NCBI GenBank assembly: GCA_963842525.1
Contig: CAWJGT010000003.1
Span: forward strand, 128,001 to 192,000
Origin: an uncultured Holophagales bacterium
GTDB taxonomy: Bacteria; Acidobacteriota; Thermoanaerobaculia; Multivoradales; UBA5704
Length of the DNA: 64,000 nt
Direction of reading: 5' to 3'
The notes below the pieces were generated by a model, which saw nothing but the letters and a program-made list of their open reading frames with translations, had not been told where the DNA came from and did not search any database. Below are positions 29,482 through 39,044 of this stretch, piece after piece. Position numbers and translations under genes: made by a program. Each line of letters starts with the position of its first letter. The stretch's first letter is position 1.

Positions 29482-30231
29482 TTGCATAGTTACCCTGCGG
29501 CAGGTGAAGTTCTCGAAGATCTCGGCGCCAAGTTCGATTTGCCACCCATGCAGCGCTGGCGAATCGGTTTAGCTCTTCAAGATCTTGGACGCTTTACTGC
29601 GGCCCTTAACATATTTCGGGAAATTGCATCCGTATCCCAAGATGCGGGATTGTTTGCTGTTACCACTTTGCACGAAGCGGGAGAGGCTGAACTACTTATT
29701 AGCATACTACGCGACCCGCTTGTAGATCCAGTTATACGAATGCTGGCCGCGCAGCACTCTGGTGAACTTGGGCGTGGAGAGGAGGTTCTAAAGATCGCGG
29801 CCCTTGATAGCATGGACGACTCTGGGCGGAAGGCGGCTATTTCAGCTCTCAATTTGCTTGGTAGAAAGAGCGATCTTGAGGTGCTCGTGCGCAGAAGAGA
29901 TTTAAAAAGTGATTTATGCTTCGCTGTGGCAGAGAGCTTGGAGAAGACACGTAGTGATGAAATATTAAGCAGAATAGCAGGGGATCGAAAAGCCTCGAAT
30001 GATGCTCGGATGGCTGCCGGCATTGCTCTTAAAAAACTCGATCGGCTCGAAGTCATCAAGGCCTTGGCTAGAGATAAGACTACGCCTCGTGAAGTTGCAC
30101 TATTCTTCGGAGTCCTGGCTGGCGCTACAGATCTTGCATCGCTTAAAAGGGCCGTAGGGCCAGGCCGGGCCATTCCAGGCCGACCTTATTTCCAGCAAAG
30201 AGGAAGGAAGAAGCGTCCAAAGAAGCGTTAA
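29482..30231 (+). CDS. Low-GC helical-repeat (HEAT-like) protein, probably N-truncated
   Basis: Repeated R..AA.AL..LG motifs; AT-richer codons; no good start codon. Confidence 0.5.
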   Translation: MHSYPAAGEVLEDLGAKFDLPPMQRWRIGLALQDLGRFTAALNIFREIASVSQDAGLFAVTTLHEAGEAELLISILRDPLVDPVIRMLAAQHSGELGRGEEVLKIAALDSMDDSGRKAAISALNLLGRKSDLEVLVRRRDLKSDLCFAVAESLEKTRSDEILSRIAGDRKASNDARMAAGIALKKLDRLEVIKALARDKTTPREVALFFGVLAGATDLASLKRAVGPGRAIPGRPYFQQRGRKKRPKKR

Positions 30232-30269
30232 TGCAGAGGGAGTCTTCCTTCAATAGATGCATGCTGGAA

Positions 30270-30309
30270 GGACTACGCGTGGCGGAGTTTTCGTCGGCAA
30301 AAACCTCAT
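30270..30309 (-). pseudogene. Remnant of a DUF5615 PIN-like toxin
   Basis: ATG coupled to the DUF433 stop reads MRF-(frameshift)-ADEN, the typical DUF5615 start, then breaks off. Confidence 0.5.
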
Positions 30310-30608
30310 CTCCTGATATGGAGCCCGAGGAGGATCCCGTCCGTGCTGAGTACGTCTCGCGCGTAGCCGACCGCAGCGAGCACGTCCTCGCGGGTCAGAC
30401 CGGGGTAGTCGACGAGGATGTCATCGATCGCGGAGCCGGCAGCGATCTTTTCGAGGAGGATCTCCACCGTGATCCGAGTGCCCCGGATGACGGGCTTTCC
30501 CAACATAACTTGCGGGTTGATGTTGATGCGTTCCAGGAGATCCTCCGGTATAAGGTGGCTCGGGGAGGGGCGGCCTTCCCGGCAGGCGTAGTCTAGCAGG
30601 AACCGCAC
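30306..30608 (-). CDS. DUF433 domain antitoxin-like protein (start uncertain)
   Basis: RININPQVMLGKPVIRGTRITVEILLEKIAAG...YPGLTREDVLAAV. Confidence 0.85.
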   Translation of the reverse strand: MRFLLDYACREGRPSPSHLIPEDLLERININPQVMLGKPVIRGTRITVEILLEKIAAGSAIDDILVDYPGLTREDVLAAVGYARDVLSTDGILLGLHIRR

Positions 30609-30654
30609 AGAAGGTCCCGCGCCCGTCCTCCATCGGGGCTCACGCCCCTCGTCC

Positions 30655-30761
30655 CTGCCGCCGCCCGTTGGGGCTTGGAGAGATGGGGGATGCCTTCCCG
30701 GGGTCGCCGCGCCTTCGACGCTCGGACCCCGGCTCTATGCTGTCGCCCCCTCTGGGGGCTC
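30655..30761. repeat. Palindromic interspersed element, family 2
   Basis: Homologous to 5032-5139. Confidence 0.65.
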
Positions 30762-30843
30762 AGCAGCCACAGGCCGAGAGCGCTCCCGGGAACGTGAGGA
30801 TGGACGAAGTGATGGTAAACTCACGAGGCATGAGGTTGAGCGT

Positions 30844-31296
30844 ATGGTGACCCGACACGTCGAGTTGACAGAAGAGCAGAATGAGACTCTGGAGCGGCTT
30901 GCCGCCTCTGAGGGACGACCCGTCTCAGAGCTGATCCGTGCCGGGGTGGATGTCGTCCTGGGTAGAAGGGGATCCACCCTGCGCCTCGTCCATGGCAACG
31001 GCAAGGGGACGTCTGAGCAGGCGCCGCGCCTTTCGGAGAAAGAGTCGGAGCTTCTCCTGGCGATCAATCGAAGTCTGCCAGAGCCAAGGGCCGGGCGTTA
31101 CCGAGAGCTGGTGAGCCGGCGCCGGGCGGGTACGCTCAGTCCGAAGGAGCATCAGGAGCTGCTGGACTTGACCGACCAAGTGGAGCAGTTGCAGGCCGAG
31201 CGGATCGAGCATCTGGCAGAGCTTGCGCAGCTCCGCGGCCGGCCGCTCGGAGTGCTGCTGGAGGAGCTCGGAATCCGGCCCTCTCCGTCCGAATGA
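30844..31296 (+). CDS. RHH-like N-terminus plus helical domain; putative HNH partner
   Basis: VELTEEQNETLERLAASEGRPVSELIRAGV; ESELLLAIN...GTLSPKEHQELL; ATGA coupling to the HNH gene. Confidence 0.7.
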   Translation: MVTRHVELTEEQNETLERLAASEGRPVSELIRAGVDVVLGRRGSTLRLVHGNGKGTSEQAPRLSEKESELLLAINRSLPEPRAGRYRELVSRRRAGTLSPKEHQELLDLTDQVEQLQAERIEHLAELAQLRGRPLGVLLEELGIRPSPSE

Positions 31297-31735
31297 TTGA
31301 CAAACACTTGGGGAGTGCGCGGAGGGAGGGGGTCAAGTCTCGCGCCGCGGGCTTTGTGAGTACTGCCGCAGCCAGGATCGTTTCGCAACCCAATCGTTTG
31401 CGGTCGAGCACATCGTCCCTGTTCAGGCCGGAGGAGGGAGCGATTTGGACAATCTGGCTTTCGCCTGCCAGGGCTGCAACAACCATAAATACACCAAAGT
31501 CGAGGCTCTCGATCCTGTGACCGGAGAGGCCGTCGCCCTCTTCCATCCAAGGCGCGATCGGTGGCCTGACCATTTCATCTGGAGCCACGACTTCGCTCGC
31601 ATCGTCGGCCTTACCGCCAAGGGCCGGGCGACGGTCGAGGCGCTTCGCCTCAACCGTCCAGGTCTCGTGAATCTGCGGCAGGCGCTCTTCCGCTGTGGCG
31701 AGCACCCTCTCGCGGAACCAGACGAAGACTCCTGA
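31293..31735 (+). CDS. HNH endonuclease, frameshift at ~31354
   Basis: After the shift: CEYC...EHIVP..GG...NLAFACQGCNNHK, LFHPR..W..HF.W, GLT..GRATVEALRLNR. Confidence 0.85.
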
Positions 31736-31779
31736 TAGCCCCGGCGGCGGTGCAGAAGCCGGAGCCCAGCCGGTCGAAG

Positions 31780-32511
31780 CTACCGGAAGGCTCTGAAGAG
31801 AAGGCTTGCCAGCGCCCAGGCCAGCATCAGTATTCCGAAGATGAGGTTGCCGCGACGAGGCCTGGGGCGCACCTGGGGCATGAAAGAGGTGGTCAGGAGC
31901 GCAATGGCAGCCGCGATCAGCCACAGCTCGGCGGGGAAATCCTTGAGGCCGAACCGCTCGATCAGGATTTTGAGGAGCTCGACCCCCCCTTGCGCAACGA
32001 TCAGGCATACGGCCAGGAAGGCGGCAAAGAGGAAGGGATTCTCCAGGCTCCAGCGATGTCGTTTCACCTCGACAGGAACGGTAGTGGGAAGGCCGGCTTG
32101 CACGAGGGCGACGAGGTCGGGCATCGCTTCGAAACCGGCGAGGAGGAAGGATGGACCGGTCCGCGGAAAGACCTGGACGGACCCCGGCGTACCCCGGGAA
32201 TCCTGATGGATCCGGACCTTCTTGATCTCTTCCCAGGGGACCTCGTGCCGGAGCTTCCCAGACTCGCGGACGATGCCGTCAGGCCGTACGAGAAGCCGTG
32301 AACGGCCCCATTTGCGTAGCTCAACCTGGACGAGCAGGAACAAGACGAAGGCGGTGATCCCAACGGGAACGAACGCGGAGATCCGAGCGCCGCCGCCGCT
32401 GCCGACGAGCGCGTGCACAGCGACGAAGGCCAGGATCATCAGGATCAGGATGACCATGCGCCTTCGAGCTCTGGCGAGGAAGTCTTCAGAAAGGGTGAAT
32501 TCCTGGGTCAC
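31780..32511 (-). CDS. Hypothetical membrane protein
   Basis: Five hydrophobic segments around a PH-like 'VPWEEIKKV' region; GGAG-spaced GTG at 32511. Confidence 0.65.
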   Translation of the reverse strand: MTQEFTLSEDFLARARRRMVILILMILAFVAVHALVGSGGGARISAFVPVGITAFVLFLLVQVELRKWGRSRLLVRPDGIVRESGKLRHEVPWEEIKKVRIHQDSRGTPGSVQVFPRTGPSFLLAGFEAMPDLVALVQAGLPTTVPVEVKRHRWSLENPFLFAAFLAVCLIVAQGGVELLKILIERFGLKDFPAELWLIAAAIALLTTSFMPQVRPRPRRGNLIFGILMLAWALASLLFRAFR

Positions 32512-32693
32512 GGAGTCACTCCAGACCAAGACCAGGGACGAACATGGATCGCAATGAGACTACCACAGACAGGTCTCCCATCCTCCGACCCCCGTGCGTT
32601 GACACCGCACCACCCCGGCGATAGAGTCCGCGCGAAACGGAAAGAGCAGGGGTCTCGTTCGCTGCTCCGGGGGCAGCGGTCGGAGCGGATGCC

Positions 32694-34859
32694 TTGAGCC
32701 GGTCCAAACCTATCGAGGTCGCCGTCGTTGGCGGCGGATGCGCTGGTCTCACGGCGGCTTTCGAGCTGAGCCGGCCGGAGCACCGCGGCAGGTTCCATGT
32801 CACCGTCTATCAGGTCGGGTGGCGCCTGGGTGGCAAGGGCGCTTCCGGGCGGGGGGCGGCCGACCGCATCGAGGAGCATGGGCTCCATGTCTGGATGGGG
32901 TTCTATGAGAACGCCTTCCGGCTGATGCGGGAGTGCTATGCCGAGCTGGGCCGCGATCCCAAGACCTGCCGCATCGCGACCTGGCGCGACGCTTTCTTTC
33001 CCGATCCTTATGTCTGCCTGACCGAGCGCTGCGGCAATGACCGTGGGGGTGACGACTGGCGCTTCTGGACGGCGTTCTTTCCGGAGGGGCACGGCAACCC
33101 CGGGGACCCCCTGCGCGACGAGAACCCGTTCACGGTCGCCGGCTATCTCTCCCGCTGTGCGACGCTGCTGCGCTCGCTGCTGGTCTCGGCGTGCGACCAG
33201 GCCGCGCCTCCCGGCCGTCGCGACCGGCCGGAGCCTTCGGTCTTCTCTCCCGAAACCCTTCTCGAGAACATCAACCGGCTGCTGCGCTATGGCCAGCTCG
33301 CGACCATGGCCGGCGTGCTGGAGGCTTGCCGCCTGCTGGAGGGGGGCCTGGCTTCGGTGGTGCGCGCCCCGGACAACCTCATCCTCCGCCTGATCGACGC
33401 GGTGGCGGCCGGCGCGCGCAGGCTGCTGGAGACCCTCTGCCAGACCAACGACGAGACGCGGCGCATCTGGGAGCTGGTCGACCTGGTGCTCGCCATCCTG
33501 CGTGGGTCCGTCCGCTTCGGGCTGGCCACGCATCCCAAGGGGTTCGACGCCATCGACGACTACGACTGGCGCGAGTGGCTGCGGCTCAACGGTGCGTCGG
33601 AGGCGGCGCTCGATTCGGCGTTCCTGCGCGGGGTCTACGACCTGCTGTTCGCGTATGAGGACGGCGACCCCGAGCGGCCCCGCATGGCCGCCGGGCAGGC
33701 GTTGCGCGGCGCGGTGCGGATGTTCTTCACCTATCGCGGCGCCCTGTTCTGGAAGATGAGCTCCGGCATGGGGGACATCGTCTTCGCCCCCCTCTACGAG
33801 GTCCTCCGGCGGCGCGGCGTCTCGTTCCGGTTCTTCCATCGTCTGGAGAACGTCCGGCTGGCTGACCCGGCACAGCTCGCTCCGGGCGAGCGTCCCTATG
33901 TCGAATCTTTGGAGCTCGACGTCCAGGCTGAGATCGAAGGGGATGAGTACCGCCCCCTGATCGACGTGCGCGGCCTGCCGTGCTGGCCCGCGGCGCCGGA
34001 CTGGGACCAACTCGTGGACGGTCCGCGGCTGCGCGACGAGGACTGGCGCTTCGAGTCGTTCTGGGATCGCCGCAAGGCAGGGCAGCGCACGTTGCGCGTC
34101 ACCGAGGACTTCGACTTCGTCGTCCTCGCCCTGGGCCTCGGAGCCATCCCTCATGTGGCCCGCGACATCCTGGCCCGCGATCCGCGCTGGCGCGACATGG
34201 TGCGCCACGTCAAGACGGTGGAGACCCAGGCCTTCCAGCTCTGGCTGAAGGAGGACGCCCGCGGCCTGGGATGGACCGGCCCGGCGGTCAATCTGTCGTC
34301 CTTTGTCGAGCCCTTCGACACCTGGGCTGACATGCGGCAGCTCATTCCGGAGGAGAGCTGGCCCGTGCCGCCGCGGTCGATCGCCTATTTCTGCAACGTC
34401 CTGCCGGGCCCGGCGAAGGCGCCCGGCCGGTCGCGCAAGGGCTATCCGGCCGAGCGGCACAAGGAGGTGCGGGAGAACGCGGTCCGCTTCCTGGAGCGCG
34501 ATATCGTCCAGCTTTGGCCGCGTGCGGCCGGTCCAGGCGGTTTCCGCTGGGACCTGCTGGCGGCCCCGGACAGTGGTGTCCAGGGCGAGGCCCAGGGGGA
34601 GGCCCGGTTCGACACGCAGTTCTGGACGGCGAACGTGAATCCCTCGGACCGCTATGTGCTGACGCTCCCCGGCAGCTCGAAGCACAGGATCTCGCCGCTG
34701 GACAATACTTATGACAATTTGACCATCGCCGGGGATTGGACGGATTGTGGGCACAATGCAGGCTGCGTCGAAGCGGCGGTGATAGCGGGCCGGCTGGCCG
34801 CGCACTCTCTTTCCGGGTCGCCCGCGCTGGAGGATATTGTCGGCTATGACCATCCGTAG
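32694..34859 (+). CDS. FAD/NAD(P)-dependent oxidoreductase (amine oxidase / carotenoid-desaturase-like)
   Basis: VAVVGGGCAGLTAAFEL, RLGGKGAS, EHGLHVWMGFYENAF, AGDWT, GCVEAA. Confidence 0.85.
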   Translation: MSRSKPIEVAVVGGGCAGLTAAFELSRPEHRGRFHVTVYQVGWRLGGKGASGRGAADRIEEHGLHVWMGFYENAFRLMRECYAELGRDPKTCRIATWRDAFFPDPYVCLTERCGNDRGGDDWRFWTAFFPEGHGNPGDPLRDENPFTVAGYLSRCATLLRSLLVSACDQAAPPGRRDRPEPSVFSPETLLENINRLLRYGQLATMAGVLEACRLLEGGLASVVRAPDNLILRLIDAVAAGARRLLETLCQTNDETRRIWELVDLVLAILRGSVRFGLATHPKGFDAIDDYDWREWLRLNGASEAALDSAFLRGVYDLLFAYEDGDPERPRMAAGQALRGAVRMFFTYRGALFWKMSSGMGDIVFAPLYEVLRRRGVSFRFFHRLENVRLADPAQLAPGERPYVESLELDVQAEIEGDEYRPLIDVRGLPCWPAAPDWDQLVDGPRLRDEDWRFESFWDRRKAGQRTLRVTEDFDFVVLALGLGAIPHVARDILARDPRWRDMVRHVKTVETQAFQLWLKEDARGLGWTGPAVNLSSFVEPFDTWADMRQLIPEESWPVPPRSIAYFCNVLPGPAKAPGRSRKGYPAERHKEVRENAVRFLERDIVQLWPRAAGPGGFRWDLLAAPDSGVQGEAQGEARFDTQFWTANVNPSDRYVLTLPGSSKHRISPLDNTYDNLTIAGDWTDCGHNAGCVEAAVIAGRLAAHSLSGSPALEDIVGYDHP

Positions 34860-34871
34860 GAGGAGCCCGAG

Positions 34872-35681
34872 GTGAAGGGCCAACGTCTGCGAAGGGAGGA
34901 CCCCGTGAGGACGGAACCCATCCGCAATTTCTCGAACGCCTTCCGGACCGATCCCTGGGAGGACCCCGATCGGTATGGAACCGGCGACCCATGCGGCCCC
35001 GGTCCGGCCGGAGACGCCGGAAGGTACCGCGACCGCGCGTCCTGGAACGACGTGGTCTCGCGCGGCGTCGAGCTCGGTTATCAGGTGATCGAGGACCAGA
35101 TCCGCCAGGGCCAGCGCGTGGCTCGCGACCTGAACGATCGGCCGTACGACGTCGGCCGGATGAGCGACGACCTCTGGGAGGTCACGGAGAGGAGCTTCCG
35201 TTACTACTCGGAGGCGACCAATCTCTGGATGCAGTTCCTGACCGGCATGTCCTGGATGGGGGGCCCCGGGATGGGCGGCCCCTGGACGAGGCCGTGGGGC
35301 AGGCCTGGGGACAGACGGCGCCCCGAGGAGGCTGCGTCTGCGCCATCCCCGGCCGAGAGCGGCTGGCGCCGGGTGGCCGTCGCGTTCGAGGTGGACTCTC
35401 TCCGCCCGGTGAGCGTGGAGCTCGACCTGCATACGCCCGGCGACGTCGCCCTCCCCCTGGCCGCGGTCGGGCTGCAATCGCTGGAGGGGCACACGGCGTT
35501 GACGGAGATCACGTTCGAGCCCGGCGTCGTCCGCGAGGGGGTCCGCCTGCGGCTGCGCATTCCGGACGACCAGCCGGCCGGCTTCTACACCGGCGTGGTC
35601 TTCGACCAGCGCACAGGACAGTCACAGGGCACGCTGTCGGTGCGCGTGTCCGAGCGGGTCGAGCGGGTCGAGCGGGACTAG
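34872..35681 (+). CDS. Hypothetical protein within the cluster
   Basis: GGAGGAG RBS; helical VSRGVELGYQVIEDQIRQG segment and beta-rich C-terminus. Confidence 0.75.
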   Translation: MKGQRLRREDPVRTEPIRNFSNAFRTDPWEDPDRYGTGDPCGPGPAGDAGRYRDRASWNDVVSRGVELGYQVIEDQIRQGQRVARDLNDRPYDVGRMSDDLWEVTERSFRYYSEATNLWMQFLTGMSWMGGPGMGGPWTRPWGRPGDRRRPEEAASAPSPAESGWRRVAVAFEVDSLRPVSVELDLHTPGDVALPLAAVGLQSLEGHTALTEITFEPGVVREGVRLRLRIPDDQPAGFYTGVVFDQRTGQSQGTLSVRVSERVERVERD

Positions 35682-35685
35682 GGCG

Positions 35686-36735
35686 ATGGCTGCCGCGGAT
35701 CTGCCGAAGCTGGTCCCGGAGGTCTTGCGGGAGTACAGCGAGATCACCCGCGAGGCGCTGCGGGAATACCTGCCGTCGCGGGAGCCGCGGCGCCACCTCT
35801 ACGACCTGCTGCCCGACTACCCGCTGCGCGGCGGCAAGGGGATGCGCCCGAGCCTCTGCATCGCCACGGCGCGCGCTTTCGGGGGCCGGCTCGAGGACGC
35901 CCTCGGCACGGCGGTGGCCATCGAGCTGCTCCACAACGCCCTGTTGATCCACGACGACATCGAGGACGAGAGCGAGGAGCGCCGCGGCAAGCCGACGCTG
36001 CACATGCTCCACGGCATCCCGCTCGCGCTGAACGTCGGCGACATGCTGACCCTGCTGAGTCTGCGTCCGCTGATCGAGAACCGGGCGCGGATCGGCCCGC
36101 GGCTCGCCATGCAGGTGATCGAGGAGACCGAGCGCATGGCGCAGGAGTCGGCCGAAGGGCAGGCCATGGAGCTGGGCTGGCGCCGCGACAACACCCTGGG
36201 CGTCGACGACTCCGACTACCTGCTGATGGTCCTCAAGAAGACCTGCTGGCTGGCGTCGATCCACCCCTGCCGGGTGGGCGCGCTCCTCGGCACCCACGGC
36301 GGCCTTTGCGGCAACGACCTCGAGCCGTTCCTCCGTTTCGGCTTTTTCCTCGGCGCCGCCTTCCAGATCCACGACGATCTGCTCAACCTGGTGGGCGATC
36401 CCGGGAAATTCGGCAAGGAGCTCGGCGGCGACCTGTGGGAAGGCAAGCGGACGCTGATGCTGATCCACCTCTACCGCGAAGCCGCGCCCGCCGAGAAGGA
36501 CCGCATCTCCGAGCTCCTGGGCCTGCCGCGGGAGCAGAAGAGGGCCGCCGACATCGCCTGGATGCGCCGGCGGATGGACGACTACGGCTGCATCGAATAT
36601 GCGCGGCACATCGCTCACGGACTGGCCGGCGCCGCGCTCCACGAGTTCTCCCTCCTCTATGGAGGACTACCCGACTCGCGGGACAAACGGTTCATCGAAG
36701 GCATGGTGACCTGGGTCTTCGAGCGGGAATCGTGA
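35686..36735 (+). CDS. Polyprenyl diphosphate synthase family protein
   Basis: GGKGMRP, FARM HDDIED...RRG, GQAMEL, KKT, SARM FQIHDDLLN, DLWEGKRT. Confidence 0.93.
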   Translation: MAAADLPKLVPEVLREYSEITREALREYLPSREPRRHLYDLLPDYPLRGGKGMRPSLCIATARAFGGRLEDALGTAVAIELLHNALLIHDDIEDESEERRGKPTLHMLHGIPLALNVGDMLTLLSLRPLIENRARIGPRLAMQVIEETERMAQESAEGQAMELGWRRDNTLGVDDSDYLLMVLKKTCWLASIHPCRVGALLGTHGGLCGNDLEPFLRFGFFLGAAFQIHDDLLNLVGDPGKFGKELGGDLWEGKRTLMLIHLYREAAPAEKDRISELLGLPREQKRAADIAWMRRRMDDYGCIEYARHIAHGLAGAALHEFSLLYGGLPDSRDKRFIEGMVTWVFERES

Positions 36736-36745
36736 AAGGCTCCGC

Positions 36746-38993
36746 ATGAAAACTGCTCCCGATCCTGGCAGCCCTCTCCTCGCCAGCCCGTTCCTCTCCC
36801 GCAGCCCCGGGATGGTCCCGCCGTTCAACTTCCCCGGCGTGACCATGCGCGTCTTCCCCCTGAAGGCGGACATGTACGTCCTGCGGGCCTTTTGCGACAA
36901 GTACCTGAACGTCGCCCCGCCCGAGGTCGCCGAGTTCGAGCCGTTCGCCCCGTTCGTCTACATGATCGTGCTGCACTACGGCAAGATGTCCGTGGAGGCC
37001 GCCAACCTCGGGTGGATCTCGCAGCACGAGGTGACCTTCAGCGTGCCGCTCCTGTGGCACCGGCGCCGCGCGAACGGGCGGGAAACCGTCGACTGGGCCT
37101 ACGTGACGCCCTTCATCTTCGTCGACAATCCGCTGTCGCTCACCACCGGACGGGAGGTGTACGGCTGGCCGAAGGTGCTGTCACATTTCCAGAGCGACAT
37201 CGACCGCTGGATGAGGTCCCCGACCAACGCGCAGACCCTGATGTCGATGAGCACCCTGGTGGTCGACCAGATCGGCGGAGTCGAAAGCGAGCAGGTGCTG
37301 TTGGAGATCGAGGACACCCTGATCCCCAACACGCCGCTCGCGCCGCCCGCCTACAAGCCCCTCTTCCGGGCCTTGACCGCCGCTCCCCGCGCGCTCTTGA
37401 GCTCCCTGTCGTTGGCCAGCGACCTGATGTCGATCTGGACCGCGCCGCCGCTGCTGGGCTATTCGCCGAACGATCGCCGCCTGCTGATGCAGAGCCTGGC
37501 CCAGGGCTTCCAGAGCACGCTGCCGCTGCGCGGGAGCCCGTACTACAACATCGTCACCCAGAAGCAGTTCCGGGACGTGCAGTTTCCCCAGACCCTCTGC
37601 TACCAGGCCCTGGTCATGTCGCGCATGACCCTCCGGCGTTACAACCGGGGCGGCCTGCTGGGCGACTTCAGCTACTTCCAGGGCGATAACTCGGGAGGGC
37701 TCCGCATCCTGGTCCACCGCTATGCCACGCAGACGATCGTCGACATCCTCGGGCTGGAGGTCGACCAGCAAATGGCGGTCGCTGGCAGGGCGGTCGACAT
37801 CCTGATGCCGATCTACCCCTTCTGGCTCGACCTGGATGTCGAGTACGGGCGGGGATCGACCCTCTGCTGGCGGACGCGCGAGTCGGCGTGGCACAGGGGG
37901 TCCGAAATCCTGCCGTCGGCGCCGGCGCAGCCGCCGGGCCACCTCTACAACACGGCGCAGGGGCCGACGTTCGTGGACATCGGAGGGCCCCAGCAGTCCG
38001 ACGACACCACGATCAACATCCTCCCGCTGCTGGCGAGCTTCGAGCGCCTCCAGCAGGTCGTCGACAACTACCTCAACGTCGCGCCGGATGTCAGGTTCGA
38101 GGCCTGTGGACAGTACGTCTATCTCGTCACGATGTCCTTTGGCCAGGTCACCTCGTCGCTCGACGCCCTCGGCTCCATCGCCGGGCGGGAGCTCGCCTTC
38201 TATATCCCGGTCTTGCAGCGCGGCGCGGACGGCCAGGAAAAGAGAGCCCTGCTGGCCCCCTTCATCTACGCGGACAACTCCACGGTCGCCGTCACGGGCC
38301 GGGAGGTGGGCGGCATCCCCATGATGCAGGCCCAGCTCGCCAGCCCGCCGGACACCTGGATGCGCGGCCCGTCGGGCTGGCGCACGCTCCTGCAGGTCAC
38401 GACGCTGCTCTTTCCCGTCCAGGACCTCGGCGTCGAGGCCACACAGCGGGTGCTCCTGGACATCTACGAGGGGAATCCGGAGGCGAGCGTGAGCCCCTTG
38501 CGCAAGCCGGGGGCCGCGGCCGCGGGCGAGGCGCTGGAGACGGAGCTGCGCCAGAGGGAGGAGCTGCGGCCGGCGGACCCTGAGGATCTAGTGCCCGGCG
38601 GGGACTTCTTCCTCGAGATGCTGGAGAGCAGAGAGCTCCGGGTGGTCACGCTCAAGCAGATCCCGGACTCGTGGGATGCGTCTCGCGCCGCCTACCAGGA
38701 AGCTCCTGATCACCGGCTGGTCCGTCGTGGGGCCCGACGACCCGAAGGCGCTGCGGGAGGAGCTGCATGTCCGGATCTTCCGCTATCCCAGCGCGCCCAT
38801 CGTCGAGACTCTGGGCCTGCGGTCCACGGCGAGCGGCAGCGTGGGCGGCGTCAATTTCGACGTCTGCGAGGTGGTCAAGCCTCACTCCGTCCGGCTCTCC
38901 CTGCGCAGCCATTGCCTCGGGTCGCTGGGCTGGCGGGCCGGCGGGGGAGCATGGCACGGGCCGGCCTCCTCCGGCCTCGTGAAGGGGGCTTGA
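36746..38993 (+). CDS. Two-domain acetoacetate-decarboxylase-like protein, +1 frameshift at ~38700
   Basis: PFIFVDNPLSLTTGREVYGWPK and KQFRD..CYQ repeated. After AYQ the homologous reading continues in ORF 38676..38993 (HVRIFRYPSAPIVETLGL). Confidence 0.75.
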
Positions 38994-39044
38994 AGCCGGC
39001 GGGGTGCCCGAACGAACGGAGAGCCAGGAGAGGAGATCCCGAGA

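Noticed and set aside
32508-35492. 994-aa minus-strand ORF and similar long antisense ORFs (12555-14702, 15912-17981, 38652-40649)
   Set aside because: Shadow ORFs of high-GC genes on the opposite strand, with no motifs.
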